From Octopus sinensis (Eukaryota), in assembly GCF_006345805.1 (NCBI RefSeq), contig NC_043008.1, forward strand, positions 26,908,001 to 26,972,000: a stretch of 64,000 nt of DNA. The letters run 5' to 3'. Position 1 is the stretch's first letter; the number at the start of each line of letters is the position of its first letter. Below the pieces are notes generated by a model that was not told where the DNA came from, ran no database searches, and was given only the letters and a program-made list of their open reading frames with translations. The translations under genes and the position numbers were made by a program. Shown in pieces: positions 13,495-26,864 of this stretch.

Positions 13495-15200
13495 CTGTAA
13501 CATCAGTGTCAGGACACTGGTGTTGCAGTATATCTTCTAGTGGTACACGCTACAAAACCTCTAACATGATACATACTATCCTCTAGCAACACAGAGCATA
13601 AAACAAAAAGACATATATGATGACTGCACCATCTTCATAGATTATTGTTGTTGCTTTGTGCTTCCTTGTTGTCAATAGCATTTCTAACTTTCCAGCCATG
13701 GCCTCTCAACTATTCAGTCCTATTGCAGATCTGCATAGTTTGGGGGACTTGTAGGCGACAGACAAAAGTTGTAACTTACAATGCACTTCTGACTGATTAC
13801 GTCTACACATGTTGCCACTTTCCCATTGTCATGGGAGTGATGGATAAAGTCAGGTGCACAGTAAAACCATTGGGAATGAGGACCCTTAGCTGTTGTCATA
13901 GCATCCTTCTAGAAAAGGGTTAGACTGATGTAAAACCTGTGGTTTCATATGATTACTAATCTAGGTACTAGTCATGGATACATACATATATGAATGCATA
14001 TATACATACATACATAAACAATGCCCTTTATTGATACATTGCTAAACAACAGTAAAAAGTTATATGATATTTCCATGAGAGACAGTTTTACATTTGTTGC
14101 AAAATGGTGCACAACCTAACAGATACACATTGTTCTTTAGTGAGACAGTGTATCAAAAACAATAAGTTACATTTTATACTGTAGCAATACATAATGTAAT
14201 TCCAGTTACAACATACTGCTGTCTTCTTAGACAGTGGTATGTTGCTACTAGTTACACTGATTACTCATGTCACACAATATCTAGTGATACACAGTGCAAC
14301 ATGAGCAACAAGATAATGGTGCCTTCTAGTAATAGTAATGTGGGCAACAAGATATATGCAAACCACATTAAATACCAGAAACAAGATGGTCTCCTCTAAT
14401 GAGACACTATAACATCAGTAATAAGTTCCAGATTTTCCTGTGCAAGGAGTAAATAGAAGACCAGTCTTTTAGATATACACAATGTAACTTTATAGTAATA
14501 TTCTTTTCCTGAAAAAAATTGGAATATGAATACTAAGATAAAATATTGGCTATACAGTATACAACATATAGCAATTATATCTTTGAAGAAGTTAGAGTGT
14601 AATACTTGTAATAAAATTCATACTGTGCTTTTGTTAGACACTCTGTAACATAGTAGCAAAATGCAATCTGTCCTCATGAGATGCAATATAGCATCAGCAA
14701 TAGATGACATAACATTAGTAAAACATATTTTAAAACCAATAACAATATATATACATATACTGTCCTTTAATGAAAAAGGTGTTATATAAGTAACATGGTA
14801 CATATTGTCTTCTAGCCGTTCCCACTGTAACACCTGTAGCAACTTATGTAGTGTCCTCTTGTGATACACATGAAGTGACACTAACAATATAACTTTTGTA
14901 TTCTTCTGGTACACAGTGTCTCACCTGTTAACAAGACACTTACTATTTTTATCTGGGAGGCTATGTAAGATCAGTAGCAAGATATATTTTGTTCATTCCT
15001 AAGGTACAAGGTAACACCAATAGCAAATTACATGTAAGCACACTGCGATACCTGTAACATTATATACTGTTGTCAGTGCAACACCAGTAACAATATTCAT
15101 ATTGTCTTTTAATAATAACATCAGTAACACTACATATTGTATCCTCTAGTATAACATCAATAACAATATGCAGTGTAACACTAACAGCAAGTTATATACT
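13495..15200. repeat. Ancient, decayed minisatellite with ~40-45 bp unit
   Basis: Recurrent CATATTGTC(C/T)TCTAG (13572, 14799, 15098, 15131) and TGTAACACCAGTAACAA variants (14408, 14645, 14827, 15011, 15078, 15115, 15151). Confidence 0.6.
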
Positions 15201-17258
15201 ATGATCCTGGCAATTGACACTATAATTATTCATTTATCTGAGGTTCTTAAAGCCAGCAGTAGCTACACTCATTGAAACTAAGTCAATAGCGATTTATGTT
15301 AGAATAATGATACGGTGTTCTGAGTGCTCATGTTAGGAGAATATGACTTCAAACTGCATTGGTAAAAGTATTTACATATTTGTACAGTTTTCCATGAGGT
15401 TATACTTAAATTATTAGTTTCTTTGCACTGAATACAAAGGTTTTATATAAACCGAGAGAAAGATGAGCTTTGGATAACCATGCCATTCCAAATAGCACTA
15501 GCAATCTAAATGAAGTAAATTTGACTTAGCAAGAATGAAAGTTGTGTTGTAGCTTTGGCTCAAATGGAGTTTACTTTCGTTCAATGATTCTCACCTCTGT
15601 TAGAATATTTTTCAATTCTTTATGTTGGTTTGAACTCATACATTATTGATTGAAGCCACAGAGTTCAATACCATTATTAAGAAAGCTATTGTTCTGTAGA
15701 ATTTGAATTGGCCAAATCCTTTTAAAGGATGTTTGCTTTCAACAGCAATGGTACTAATGTTGAAGTGGGAAAGCTGGTAGCAATCATAACTTGCTTGAAG
15801 TAAGAGTCAATAATTATTCTAAAGCATTCACACACATACACACACACATGCAACCTCTCCCACATGCACACATTCATACATACATAATGAACTCTGTTCT
15901 ATAATTTCTTTCCAAGCCTCCGTTCGATATATTCCCTGAAAATCTCTTTGCATTCAGTATTCAAAACTGATATCTCTCTATGTTCCAATTATGTAGAACA
16001 TTTTTTCTTCACAGGCATCCAACATGCACAGAAATGAAAGTATTTGCAGTGTTTACATTAAGTTATTGCTATCTTATGGTATATTTCTGCAGATGCAAAG
16101 AATGGCTTCATAGATTTTTAAGCAGAGAATTGAATTCCCATAGCCTGACTAAAGTCCATTTCAGGCCACATACTAAGCCATCTCTGAGAAAATATAACAA
16201 TACAGCAAGTGGAGAATGTTTTGTGAAGCATCTTAATATTTTTCTTTCTGTTCAGTTAGATAGAATTTTCAAGTCAGGAAAAAGGTTTTAAGACACATTT
16301 TGCATTGTTGTATATTTTTATTTCCTTTCATATATTCTTTTTTGAAACCGTTTTTTAAACTTTGTCTCTATACATGTATTTTTCTAATCTCATATCTGCA
16401 TTCCATTCATTTGTCAATGCTGGGGGATTTAAGAAATAGTAATATGACTAGCAGATTAAAGGAAGGGAAAGAAATAGAAAATGCATTAGCAATGAAACGT
16501 ATATCAATATATTGGATGCCAATATAAATAAAAGAAGAAACTAAAACAATATGAAAAAAAAAGTTGTTTCATGAAGAGATAAGGGACATTGTTTGCCTTA
16601 ATATCTCATTTCCTTTCTACTGCCCATTTCCTATTTTTAAGAGGGAAGAATAACTTGGAGATAAAATCAGGAACATGAGTAAAGGAATGGTAAAAATGGA
16701 GTTGGCTAAGAAATGGTAATGAGAAAGTGAAGAATTTCTCAAAGAATATCAAAAAGAAGATTACAAATATAAAGCAAGAAAAATATAGTGAAGAATTAAG
16801 CTAAAGCTGAAAGTGAATGTGTGATAGAAGGGACATGTGGAATAGAGCTATAGGAGAAATAGTGCAAAAGAGATTTGAAAATATGGTGGCGGGGCATGAT
16901 GGAATATGGTAATGAGGGATGACTTATCAGAAATGTGATAATGAAGAGAAAGCAAATAGAAAAGAAATACATATGTGTATGTATATATACATAGATATGT
17001 AAATGCTAGAGCATGTGTAGTATGGTGTATGACTGTAATTAGTATGTGAGGAATCAGGAAATATTTAAAAATCAGTATATTTAAACACATCCGGAAAATA
17101 TATCATCATTATCATCAGCTGGTTTTTGATAATATATCATTTTTTACCTCTTGAATTTAAAATTATTCAATTTCTTTTTTTAATGTTAATATGTTAATAT
17201 GCCTTTTTGCTTGTCAATACTGTGGTCAGTTTTATTTCTAAAGCTCAGAAGCCGTGTG

Positions 17259-17410
17259 ACCTTCCTCCTCTTCCTCACCTTCATCCCCCTCTTCCTCACC
17301 TTCCTCACCTTCATCCTCCTCTTCCTTGCCTTCATCCTCCTCTTCCTTGCCTTCATCCTCCTCTTCCTCACCTCCCTCCTCCTTTCCTCCCTCCTCCTCC
17401 TCCTCCTCCT
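17259..17410. repeat. Polypyrimidine minisatellite, 21-bp unit CCTCTTCCT(CA/TG)CCTTCATCCT
   Basis: About five tandem units then (CCT)n; explains ORFs 17186-17549. Confidence 0.9.
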
Positions 17411-17804
17411 AACTCCTGAGACTGGAAATTTTAATTCTGTTATTATTATTCACTTTCCACTCTTGAAATTACCAAAACTGTGTCAGGAATGTTCCATTGT
17501 TGCTTTCTATAATGATCCATTGTTGCCAATGTTAATTATGAATAGTTGAACTATGTCAGGTAATGAAAGTCCTGTGTTTATGTCAATTGACCTATAGTGG
17601 AACAGTTCAATATTTATGACAAAAGTCAATAAATGGCTGTATTAGCTGACAGCTTTTGAAATGTAAAATAAGTCTAAATTTCAAGGGCTCAATATCTGAA
17701 TAAAGACTTATTTTGCATTTCAAAAGCCATCTATTGACTTTTTGTCATAAAATATAGAAGTCTTCCACTCAGGAACAATAAGTATTTAGGACACTTGGGA
17801 ATTT

Positions 17805-19240
17805 GACTCTCTCAAATGTCCAGGAAACTCTTTTGAGATTGTAGATGCTTTTTGTTACCTTGGTGTCCGAATTAGCAGTGGTGGGTAATGTTGTGAAAGT
17901 ATTGTTGCTAGAATAAGAATAGGCTGGAGGAAGTTCAGAGAGCTATTACCTCTTAGAGTGAAAGACAGATCGTATGATGCTTGTGTATGAAGGGTTATAC
18001 TTCATGGTAGTGAGACATGGGCTCTGAATGCAGAGGACATGCATAGACTGGAGAGAAATGAAGTTAGTATGCTCTGATGGATAGGCAATATCAGTGTGCA
18101 AGTATGAAAAAGTGCAAAGGTGTTGAGAAAAAAGTTGGATATAAGTAGAATCAGATGCAAGAGAGAAAACTACGTTAGTTTGGACATGTGATGCATATGA
18201 ATGGAGAAGGCTATATAAAGAAGTGCTGATTACTTAAAGTAGATGGCAACTGTAGAAGAGAGAGGCCCAGGAAGAAACGGGATGACGTAGTGAGGACCAA
18301 TCTTAGGAATGATGGGCCTCATGGAGAAGATAACAATGGACCAAGATGTCTGGGGAAATGTGGTCCTGCTCACTTCAGTGAAACTGAGTTCTGCAAGTCC
18401 TGTGTTCCACCCATTTGTCTGATTAAAATTTTTCACCCAAACCCAAGAAAGTAAACTACATTTTCCCTTCTCCTCTCTCTCACATTTCCTCTTTCTCATA
18501 CACTATGCTTATCTCTCCTTCCCTATTCCTGCAGCCCAATTCTGTTCTCACTGCCCTTCCCATTGTATCATTGCTATTCTATTGTCCCCACCTCTATATA
18601 CCCAGATTTCATAAGTCACTGCTTTCTCTTCCTTCCATACTCTCTTCATTCACTTGATCTCCCTATTCATGCACCCTTAGCAATGCTCTACCAACCAATT
18701 TATATTCTTATCCCTGTAGCTTGAGAGTATGCCCGTCATCACCATTTCTTTCATTCTCACTCTCTTCTATTCTTGCTCTCTTTCATTCTTGATCACTCTC
18801 TCTAACTGAGGTAACCATTTATCTCCTAAACAGCATGACACATGTTTCTGTCCCTTTGTCATACTCTAGTTTCTCATCAATTGGCACAAAGCCACCTCCT
18901 CCAAAACTACCTCTCAAAAGATCTTTGTCTTGCAAGTCACTTAGTGACCTCACTGGAGGCTGGTACTTTGCAAAGAGCATCAAGTCCACACTGTAAATTG
19001 ATTGGCACTTGGAAGGGCATTCAACTGTAAAAGCCATGCCAAAGCAGACCGCATAAGTGCTGGTGCCATGTAAAATGTACTTGGTCCACTCTGTAAAGTG
19101 GTTAGCATTAGGAAGGGCATCCAGGTGTAAAAACCATGCCAAACAGACAGTGGAGCTTGGAGCAATCCTCTGGCTTGCTAGCTCCTGTCAAACCATCCAA
19201 TCTATGACAGCATGGAAAATGGATGTTAAATGATGATGAT
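17805..19240 (+). mobile_element. RTE-clade LINE 3' end (post-RT domain, 3' UTR and (GAT)n tail)
   Basis: Translation EIVDAFCYLG...ARIRIGWRKFRELLP...LHGSETWAL...RLERNE...GHVMHM...RERPRK; UTR has a 100-bp tandem duplication (GGAAGGGCAT at 19011 and 19111); ends TTAAATGATGATGAT. Confidence 0.85.
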
Positions 19241-20389
19241 ATAATAGATTCCTTACATTTTCACATCAATTAACAATGCAGCAATAGCATTCTCTCTGTT
19301 TTAATACAACTTAGGTTTAAGATCTCCTTAATTGTTACTGGCATTTAGGCTAGATCACTGTTCTGAGAATAACTTCCATTTACCAGTCTCAGGATGACAG
19401 AAAAGATTTTATGGGTACTACATGCTCTAACTAACCTACTAAAATAAGAAGAATTTTGAAGGATATGAAGAACGAAAATCTGTAGGAGATTCTACTTTCT
19501 TAGCTTATAGTATATTGCAGTGTGACATGACATTTATGCTTCTCTACTTTTACATTCAGGTATCACTTGTGTTTTTAATGACTTACACAAAGAAGACCAA
19601 CAACCTTGACTGTTGTCTTCATGACTGGTGGGATGAAGTGAAGAAATTACCTTCAAAATGCTATAGGCCACAAATGCTCATAACAGAAGCCACCAAAGAG
19701 CCAGTGATCAGGATGTTAAACAGGGCAAAGTATTAAGTCTGCTAACCAAGAACTGGAGCAGACTCTTCAATAGTCTTCCACATAGTTTCTGTTTCACAAA
19801 ATGCAAGTCTTTAGTGAACTCAGTATATGAAGAAAACACCTTAAATTAAACCACGGTGTGATCAAACCTGATACTATGGAACTGCAAAGTGAACTTCATA
19901 AAAAAAAGCCATACCTCCGTTCTTCGTTCAACAGGCATTAGCTTTCACTTGAAATAGGAAAATGGATGTCACTTGGTAGAAATAGCTGCCAACTCTCCAT
20001 CATTATGAGAAAGGCACAAGTGATAATGTAGTTCTAGTAATTGGAGTCAGGAAATAAGAGATGCATTTGTTTAGGGTTTGTAGTTTTTAAAAAGATGTTA
20101 TGCCTATGGCATTTGAAAGCTCTCCTTTACCAATGAGTTTGGTATGGTTAATTTTTCTCTTGAATTATTTGTAATTGATGGCTACTAATAAAAATACATG
20201 GGCAAGGATAAAAGAAAAACAACATTATAGGAAAAGAGGACTATCTGTTGTGGGTAATGTTGAGTATAGAGATGGTTGGGACTAGTGAGTGCTGATCAGT
20301 ATATGCCATTGAGCTATAGTAGAAACAGTACCATGAAGAGATAGCATGTCTGTAGACAAGTCTTCATTGTAAACACTTAATAATAATAA

Positions 20390-20650
20390 TGGTCATGGTG
20401 ATGCTGGTTGTGAAAGTAGTTGTGGTGGTGATTATGATGGTGGTATGGTTGTTGTTGAAAACACAATAATTGTGGTGATTATGGTGGTGGATGAAATGAA
20501 TTTTATGAGGATGGTGTTGAGGCTGTGGATACAATGGTGGTTAGGACTTGTAAAGATAGAAATGGCATCACTAGTGGGGAGCAGTTGTAGCAGGAGTGGT
20601 GATTGTAGTAATGATAGCGGTAGTAGTGGAAACCAAGTTGCGATCATGAA
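20390..20650. repeat. Cryptic (GGT/GAT)n low-complexity tract
   Basis: Degenerate trinucleotide periodicity. Confidence 0.7.
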
Positions 20651-22129
20651 AGACCCTTGAAAAATAGTAGCAAGTCATCAATATGCGTTTATTTCTTGAT
20701 TAACCCAGGAGAACAACACCTGTTCTTATTTCTGTAGATTAGAAATGAATGTAATAAGAAAATATGAATTATCTTTACATGATGAAGTGTCACCTCAAAA
20801 TTTTGATAGGAAATATAAATTAAGACGAAAAGGTATAAACTATTTCTAGATATTAACCATTTTAATAGTAGACATAATGTCAAACATCACTATGCTGTGT
20901 AAATAACAGAGCTAAATTTTTTTTTAATCTTCTTTCATGTTAATATTTTTCTTCAAATAAATTTAAATATTATTAAATAAAAATAAATGTTCTAATATAA
21001 ACCAGTTTTTATTGCTCTGTATAATTAATACAAGCTATTCATTCGCACCTGATATCTCTTAAAGATTCCTATTGAAATTCTACTTTTTTTCAGAATATTA
21101 AAGAATTGTTTGTAATATTTCCAATAAAATTAAATTTCTAGAATCTATTGTTGAATCAAAATTTGTTTTGATTTACAATCTAATACAAATATAGATGTGA
21201 TTATTTCTGATGTTCTTCTTAGTTAATTGCTAGCTACTAAATAAAGAAAAATAAAACACAAAGAAGAGGGTCATAAAATTATATTTTAAAGTTTTTTGTG
21301 AATTTTTGTTAGATTTCCTTTTGCTTTTGTTTTTCACTATTTATCGGAGATGGTGATGTTACATATAGGCGTGGTTTCTCTAATATACTTCATACAATTA
21401 TACTCCATCACTTTGCATATGTTTGTAGATAAGCAAATAGACATTTGTAGATAAGCAAAGATACAAAGATATTGCTCCCCTACCTCACGTGTGTGAGAAA
21501 AAGAGAGTGTGTGTAGGTGTATATGTGTATGTATGTATACATGCATAACATAAATATATATGTATATCTTGAGACACATACATACACACAAACAAACACC
21601 ACACATACACACACAAGTAAATGAATCTGTTGGCTTTGATTATAGGTATACCATGGACACATGCTTTCAACATAGAACTAATGTATGACAAGGCTGGTCT
21701 TTTTAATTACAGTTGCAGATTATTAATGTGTGTGTATACATTCATTCATATGTACATACATACATACATACATTCATACATACATACATACATACATACA
21801 TACATACATACATACATTCTTTATTCAACAATATTGTGATCCACACCCACATGTTATAGATTTTATCCCTCACTGCCCAGATCACAAATCATCTCTCTTC
21901 ATGCATTACACCTGTTTAGTCTCTCTGATCCACTCTTGCAAACCCCTCCCACCCTACTACTGTTGCTGCTAAGTGAGGTGCTACCTGGACACCTCATGAC
22001 CACCATCTATCACTTGGAGACAACTTTAATTCATTCTCAAACTCTCTCATAAATGTGAGTATCCAACCTCTGTTCCAGCCTTTTCCCTCACACCTTAAGC
22101 CACATTTAACACAAGGATGCAGTGTCCTC

Positions 22130-22357
22130 CCTCTCAGGGTTTGTTGGCTTGCAAGCTACTTAGTAATCTCAATAGTGCAGGTGGCATGAAAAAAGAACCT
22201 AGTTCACACTGTAAAATGGTTGGGAGTTATAATCAGCAATAGAAATGATACTAAAGCAGACAGTGGAGCAAGTTGCAGTCCTTTGACTATTCTAATTCTT
22301 GTCAAATCATTCAACCCATGCTAGCATGGAACATGCATGTCAAGTAAAGATGATGAT

Positions 22358-22358
<1 letters not shown>
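22130..22358 (+). mobile_element. RTE-tail SINE followed by (CA)n
   Basis: CACACTGTAAAATGGTTGGG...AACCCATGCTAGCATGGAA...GATGATGATG. Confidence 0.7.
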
Positions 22359-22409
<51 letters not shown>

Positions 22410-22599
22410 CACACGTGTATGTATTATATACATATATTTATATCTAGATGTGTGTAAGTGTGTGTACACACACACACTTATATATACATATATACACACA
22501 ACACAACATAAATTGTAACTCCCTCCCCTACATATATGCATTTATTCATGGATGGATGAAGGCATGGTCAAGATTGCTTTGCAATGACGAATTCTTGAT

Positions 22600-23110
22600 G
22601 CCATAATAATATAGCATCTTAGATGCATGGTCCATGGAACATACTCTGGCAATGGTGGTGTGGATAGTGGTGAGGGGATATCCACATAGGATGAAGTGGT
22701 GAGTCATGAGTTGAGACTGAGTCTCAAAGTCATGGTCATCACTACAGAGCCTTCGCAGACAAAGGAATTGGGAATAGGGGATGGAAAGCTTGGTGTGATT
22801 AGGGTGGGAGGAAGAGAAGTTGAGGTATGAGTGTGAGTCTGTGTGTTTGTAATGGATGGAGGTGTTGAAAGTGGAGTGGTGAATGCTGACCAAAATGTCA
22901 AGAAAGGAGACAGAGGTGTCAGAGATAGTGCAGGAGAAGTGGAGGGCAGGATGGATAGATTTGACAAAAGAGAGGAAGGAGTCTAGATGTTCGCGGGAGA
23001 GTGAGATCACACTGATACAGTTGTCAATATAATGGTCATATTAGTTCGAGAGTGGGACCAGTGAAATTTGAGAATATTTGGGCCTCAACATGGCCAACAA
23101 ACAGGTTCCC
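22600..23110 (-). mobile_element. Penelope-like element RT fragment (motifs B and C, thumb)
   Basis: GNLFVGHVE...YDHYIDNCIS (degenerate YIDD)...IHPALHFS...VSFLDILV...YKHTDSHSYLNFSSSHP...SIPYSQFLCLRRLCS; ORF 22546..23010. Confidence 0.88.
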
Positions 23111-23199
23111 AACATACACATTCATACATAAATGTATATATATTTTTTGCCACTTCTTTACAGAAAAAGACCATCTTCAATAAGTAAATTAGTAAATGC

Positions 23200-23860
23200 T
23201 TTCATGAGATCTTGCAAGTCTGTCTTTAGACAAACAGACTCTACTCTAATTGTTGCAAACATATTCAACTTGAAATATGGATTAATGTCAAGTGTAGTAC
23301 TCATTTCATGATGAGTTCTCTGTGTTTCAAATGCTTTTGCTATCATTGTAATTCACTTCTCTGATCACTGATCAACTTTCTGTCATCAGTTCTCAGTCTT
23401 CTGTGCCCACTCTTAGAACCTTTAAGGCTGCCTTTGATGATATCCTAAAAATGTTTCTTAGGTTTATGTCTTGGACTTTTACCACATTGCAACTCCTCAT
23501 AAAACAACTACTTAGATAACCAGTCATTCTTCACTCTAGTAAGATGTTAATCTCAACATATCTGATTATATATGAGGAGCATCTCAATACAGGATATGTT
23601 GGTCTGCTGAAGAACTGTGGTGACTTTTGTAAGTTATGATTCTCCTATGGCAAGTTTAATAGAATCTTTCCAAGTCTTTGATGCAATGATATGTAATTCA
23701 AGTCTCAAAATAGTTTAAAAGTGCTAAGTTGCACATTTATAAAAGCTAGGCTTGATTTTACTGGCAATGCCTCTGTCAGCTCACTGAATTTTGAGCCTTC
23801 CAAAGGCATCACTATAATGAGAGTTAATTAAACACCTGTAATTTCTGCCCTATGTTTCCT
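23200..23860 (-). mobile_element. RTE-clade LINE 3' coding remnant with C-terminal zinc-finger relic
   Basis: Reverse translation AFGRL...EVLQQTNISCIEMLL...LFYEELQCGK...DIIKGSLK...YVCNN*SRVCLSK; heavily disrupted. Confidence 0.65.
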
Positions 23861-24139
23861 TGGAATGACAATTCTTGTATTATGTGGTATGATGTTTAGT
23901 TAGCACATGAAATAGTACAGCATGTCTTCTATAAGGACAATAATTTATTCTAATGTGCAACATTAATATACTTATATTTTCATTCTGTAGATCAATCCTC
24001 ACTAGTTGCCTCAGATTCTATCACTACCATTCATAAAATTGTATGTGCACTTAATTATTTAGAATGAATTATACATTACAAAGCATTTTTATAATATCAT
24101 TAAATATTGGTTTCAAATTTTGGCACAAGTCCAGTGAGT

Positions 24140-24310
24140 TTGGGAGATGGATTAGGCTGTTACACAACTGGTACTCAACTGGTACTTATTTTATTGACTC
24201 CAAGAGGATGAAAGTAAAGTCAATCTCAGTGGAATTTAAACTCAGGACATAAAGAGGGATGAATTACTACTAAGCATTTTGATAAGCATTTTATCCACTC
24301 TTTGTCAGGT
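24140..24310 (-). mobile_element. tRNA-headed SINE (GAGTTCAAAT B-box family)
   Basis: CTGGTACTTATTTTATTGAC...GATGAAAG..AAAGTCAA...AATTTAAACTCAG, matching the reverse complement of the 48.3 kb copy. Confidence 0.7.
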
Positions 24311-25407
24311 AAGTAGCTATTTCAGCATGAAAAATAGGTTATCATGCTTTCATTTATGTTTTTCACGGCTATGTTAGGGAAATAAGTGAAACTGAGACGA
24401 CTAAATTTTATTGTTTAATGTCAAGCATAGCTATAATTTATTTTTAGGTACCAGTTTTCCCTAAAAATATTTCTTCCTCTTCAGTATGCACCACGAACTT
24501 ATTATTATGAGATAATATTTAGGAATGTAATATTTTGACACATAAAATATTTTTTAGTTTATTTCTAAAACACTGAACAATCTATTTCGAAAAGAAAGAA
24601 ACTGAGATAAAATGTGTATTTGAGTTGGAATATGGATCCACAAAGGCTTTTGATTAAGCATTTTGCTTAGGGACAGCTGATCCTGAAGGTGTAAATTACT
24701 GATTAGCTTTCTACTACTGCATACATCCCACTGCTGTACACACTGATAAACTTCCATGCTTGCACATTCACATATCTCTCTTACATCCCATGCACATATG
24801 ATGCCTTGTTACATGAAAGCAATTTATCTCTCCCCACACTTCTCTCTCACACACACTTGCATGCTTTTATGTTATTATCGAACCACTCACACATAAATGC
24901 TATTCTATCAATATTGCATGAATCACTACTATTTACTACTTTCTCCACTATCATATACAAACCAAATCAGTCATCTAAGTCTTTTAGTATTTGACTGATA
25001 TTAACTTACTGTTCAACACACTATTATTTGCTAGAAACTGCATACATTTGCCCACTTCTATTCTACCATTATTTACTATGCAACTTTAATAGTACACATT
25101 TTTTCCCTAACAAATTTGTTTTTCTTCTTTTTTTACCTATCCATCTTGGCAAAGAACAAATTGTCTGAAAGATTGATGACACTTTAGATTCTTCACAATG
25201 GGGGCTTTGAAATGTTATGTTTTGAATTTGTATGTTTTTATTCAAAAATTGCTCTCTAGACTACCATGCTGATGTAGATAAATAAAACCCAGAATCAATG
25301 GATAATAGATTTCTGTAGCTTAGCTGATGTTATAAGTTTATAATGTTCTGATAATCTGGTATTTGCATATGCCTAGTTAAAAATAAATATACATATTAAA
25401 AGAACTA

Positions 25408-26864
25408 CAAGGGCCAGCTGAAAATTCATAGGGTGACCAAAATACTCTCAGGAAATGTGACTAAATGAGGTTTATTTTTCAAGATAGTCACCCTTACAGT
25501 CCACACACTTCTTCCATCGGTGAAATAGTTGCTGACAGACAATATCATGACTGCCAGAGTTAACACCATTACAATGGCATAGGACACCATTGTTACTACT
25601 ATTCTCATGGCAGTCAAGTTTGTAATTGTTATCAATATCATTGTTGTCGCTACAACCACCACATTCATTTCTATCATCACCATCATTATATCATTATTAT
25701 ATTTATTACTACCAATATTATTATCACTACCATTGGGCAAAAAAGACGTCACCAGTGGATGTGATATCATCATCACTGTATTACTGCTTCTCAGCCAAGT
25801 GCTTTTTCATGTTGGAGAAAAGATGACAGATGGGACTAACTCAGGAGAATATAGAGGGTGGTCAACCAGTTCAGAGCCACAATCATGCACAGGAGTCATT
25901 GAAACCATGTACTTGTGTGCTGTAGCATTGTCCTCATGAAACAAGATGCCTTACATCAGTTTTCCAGGGCATTTTGTCTTGATAGCCTTTTGTAAGTGCC
26001 TCAGCAAGTTGGCATAGTACTCTCCATTGATCGTGTCCCTTTCAAAGATAGTCAATAAACACAATGTCATTTGCATTCCAAAATATCTGAAGCCATCAAC
26101 TTCCTTGCAGATGAAATGAGTTTGGCCTTCTTTGGATTAGGCAAAGAGGGCTGTCTCCACTGTGTGGATTGTGTCTTTGTGTCTCACTCAAAGCGATGAT
26201 GCAAACACTCATCCTGAGTTCAGGAATGTTCAAGGAAACCAGCTGGATCCACCTCAAACAATGTCAGATTGTTTCATGATGTGATCCACCTGGTGTCCTT
26301 TTGATCAGAAGACGTGTCAGAAGATGTGGCATCCATGGAGCAGGAACCATTGTCCTGCTAAGTTCACTGCCTAGAATATTTTCAACTCTCTCGAGGGATA
26401 TGTTAATAGCATTGGCTACTTGATTTATGGTTTATCACCTGTATTCCATCACCATACGATAAACATGGTCAATAATCAATGTTTTCCTTGGTACTGGCAT
26501 TTGCAGGACTTCCAGACGTTTGGTCAACTTCAAAACTTTCCTGTTCCCTCTTAGATTCAGTTGTTCATTTTTGCACTGTTGATGAAACTGGAGCATCATC
26601 CTCTAAAGTAGCAACCATGTCAGTGTGAATGTCTCTGGGATTAAACTCTTTCTCTGCAGGTGCTTGATAACACAACAGTGCCAAATTTTGTCCATTTTCA
26701 AGAGGAGTTGCTAATAGTTACTTTTAAGGTGTTCCTTAAACAGATATTAGTTTACCTGAAAAAAAAAGCAATGCAGTTATCAATAAGAAAAAGTGAAGTT
26801 AATGCATGCAAAATTTCACATCACTCCTTCACAGTCACCTTATGAACTTTTCAACCCGCCCTTG
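25408..26864 (-). mobile_element. Full-length decayed mariner (Tc1/mariner) DNA transposon
   Basis: TIRs CAAGGGCCAGCTGAAAATTCATAGGG / CCTTATGAACTTTTCAACCCGCCCTTG, TA on both sides (25406-07, 26865-66); reverse translation MDKIWH..VIKHLQ..., TQDECLHH, LFHEDNATAH, HPLYSPEL, GDYLEK*. Confidence 0.9.

Noticed and set aside
17186-17549. Arg/Lys-rich, Leu-rich and Pro-rich ORFs
   Set aside because: All frames of one 21-bp polypyrimidine minisatellite.
19515-19736. Good acceptor at ~19560 followed by 58 open codons
   Set aside because: No recognisable domain or partner exon; insufficient support.
24440-24490. Reverse-strand CTGAAGAG...GAAAACTGGTA hammerhead-like string
   Set aside because: Stem II closing pair and stem I do not form; at best a decayed relic.
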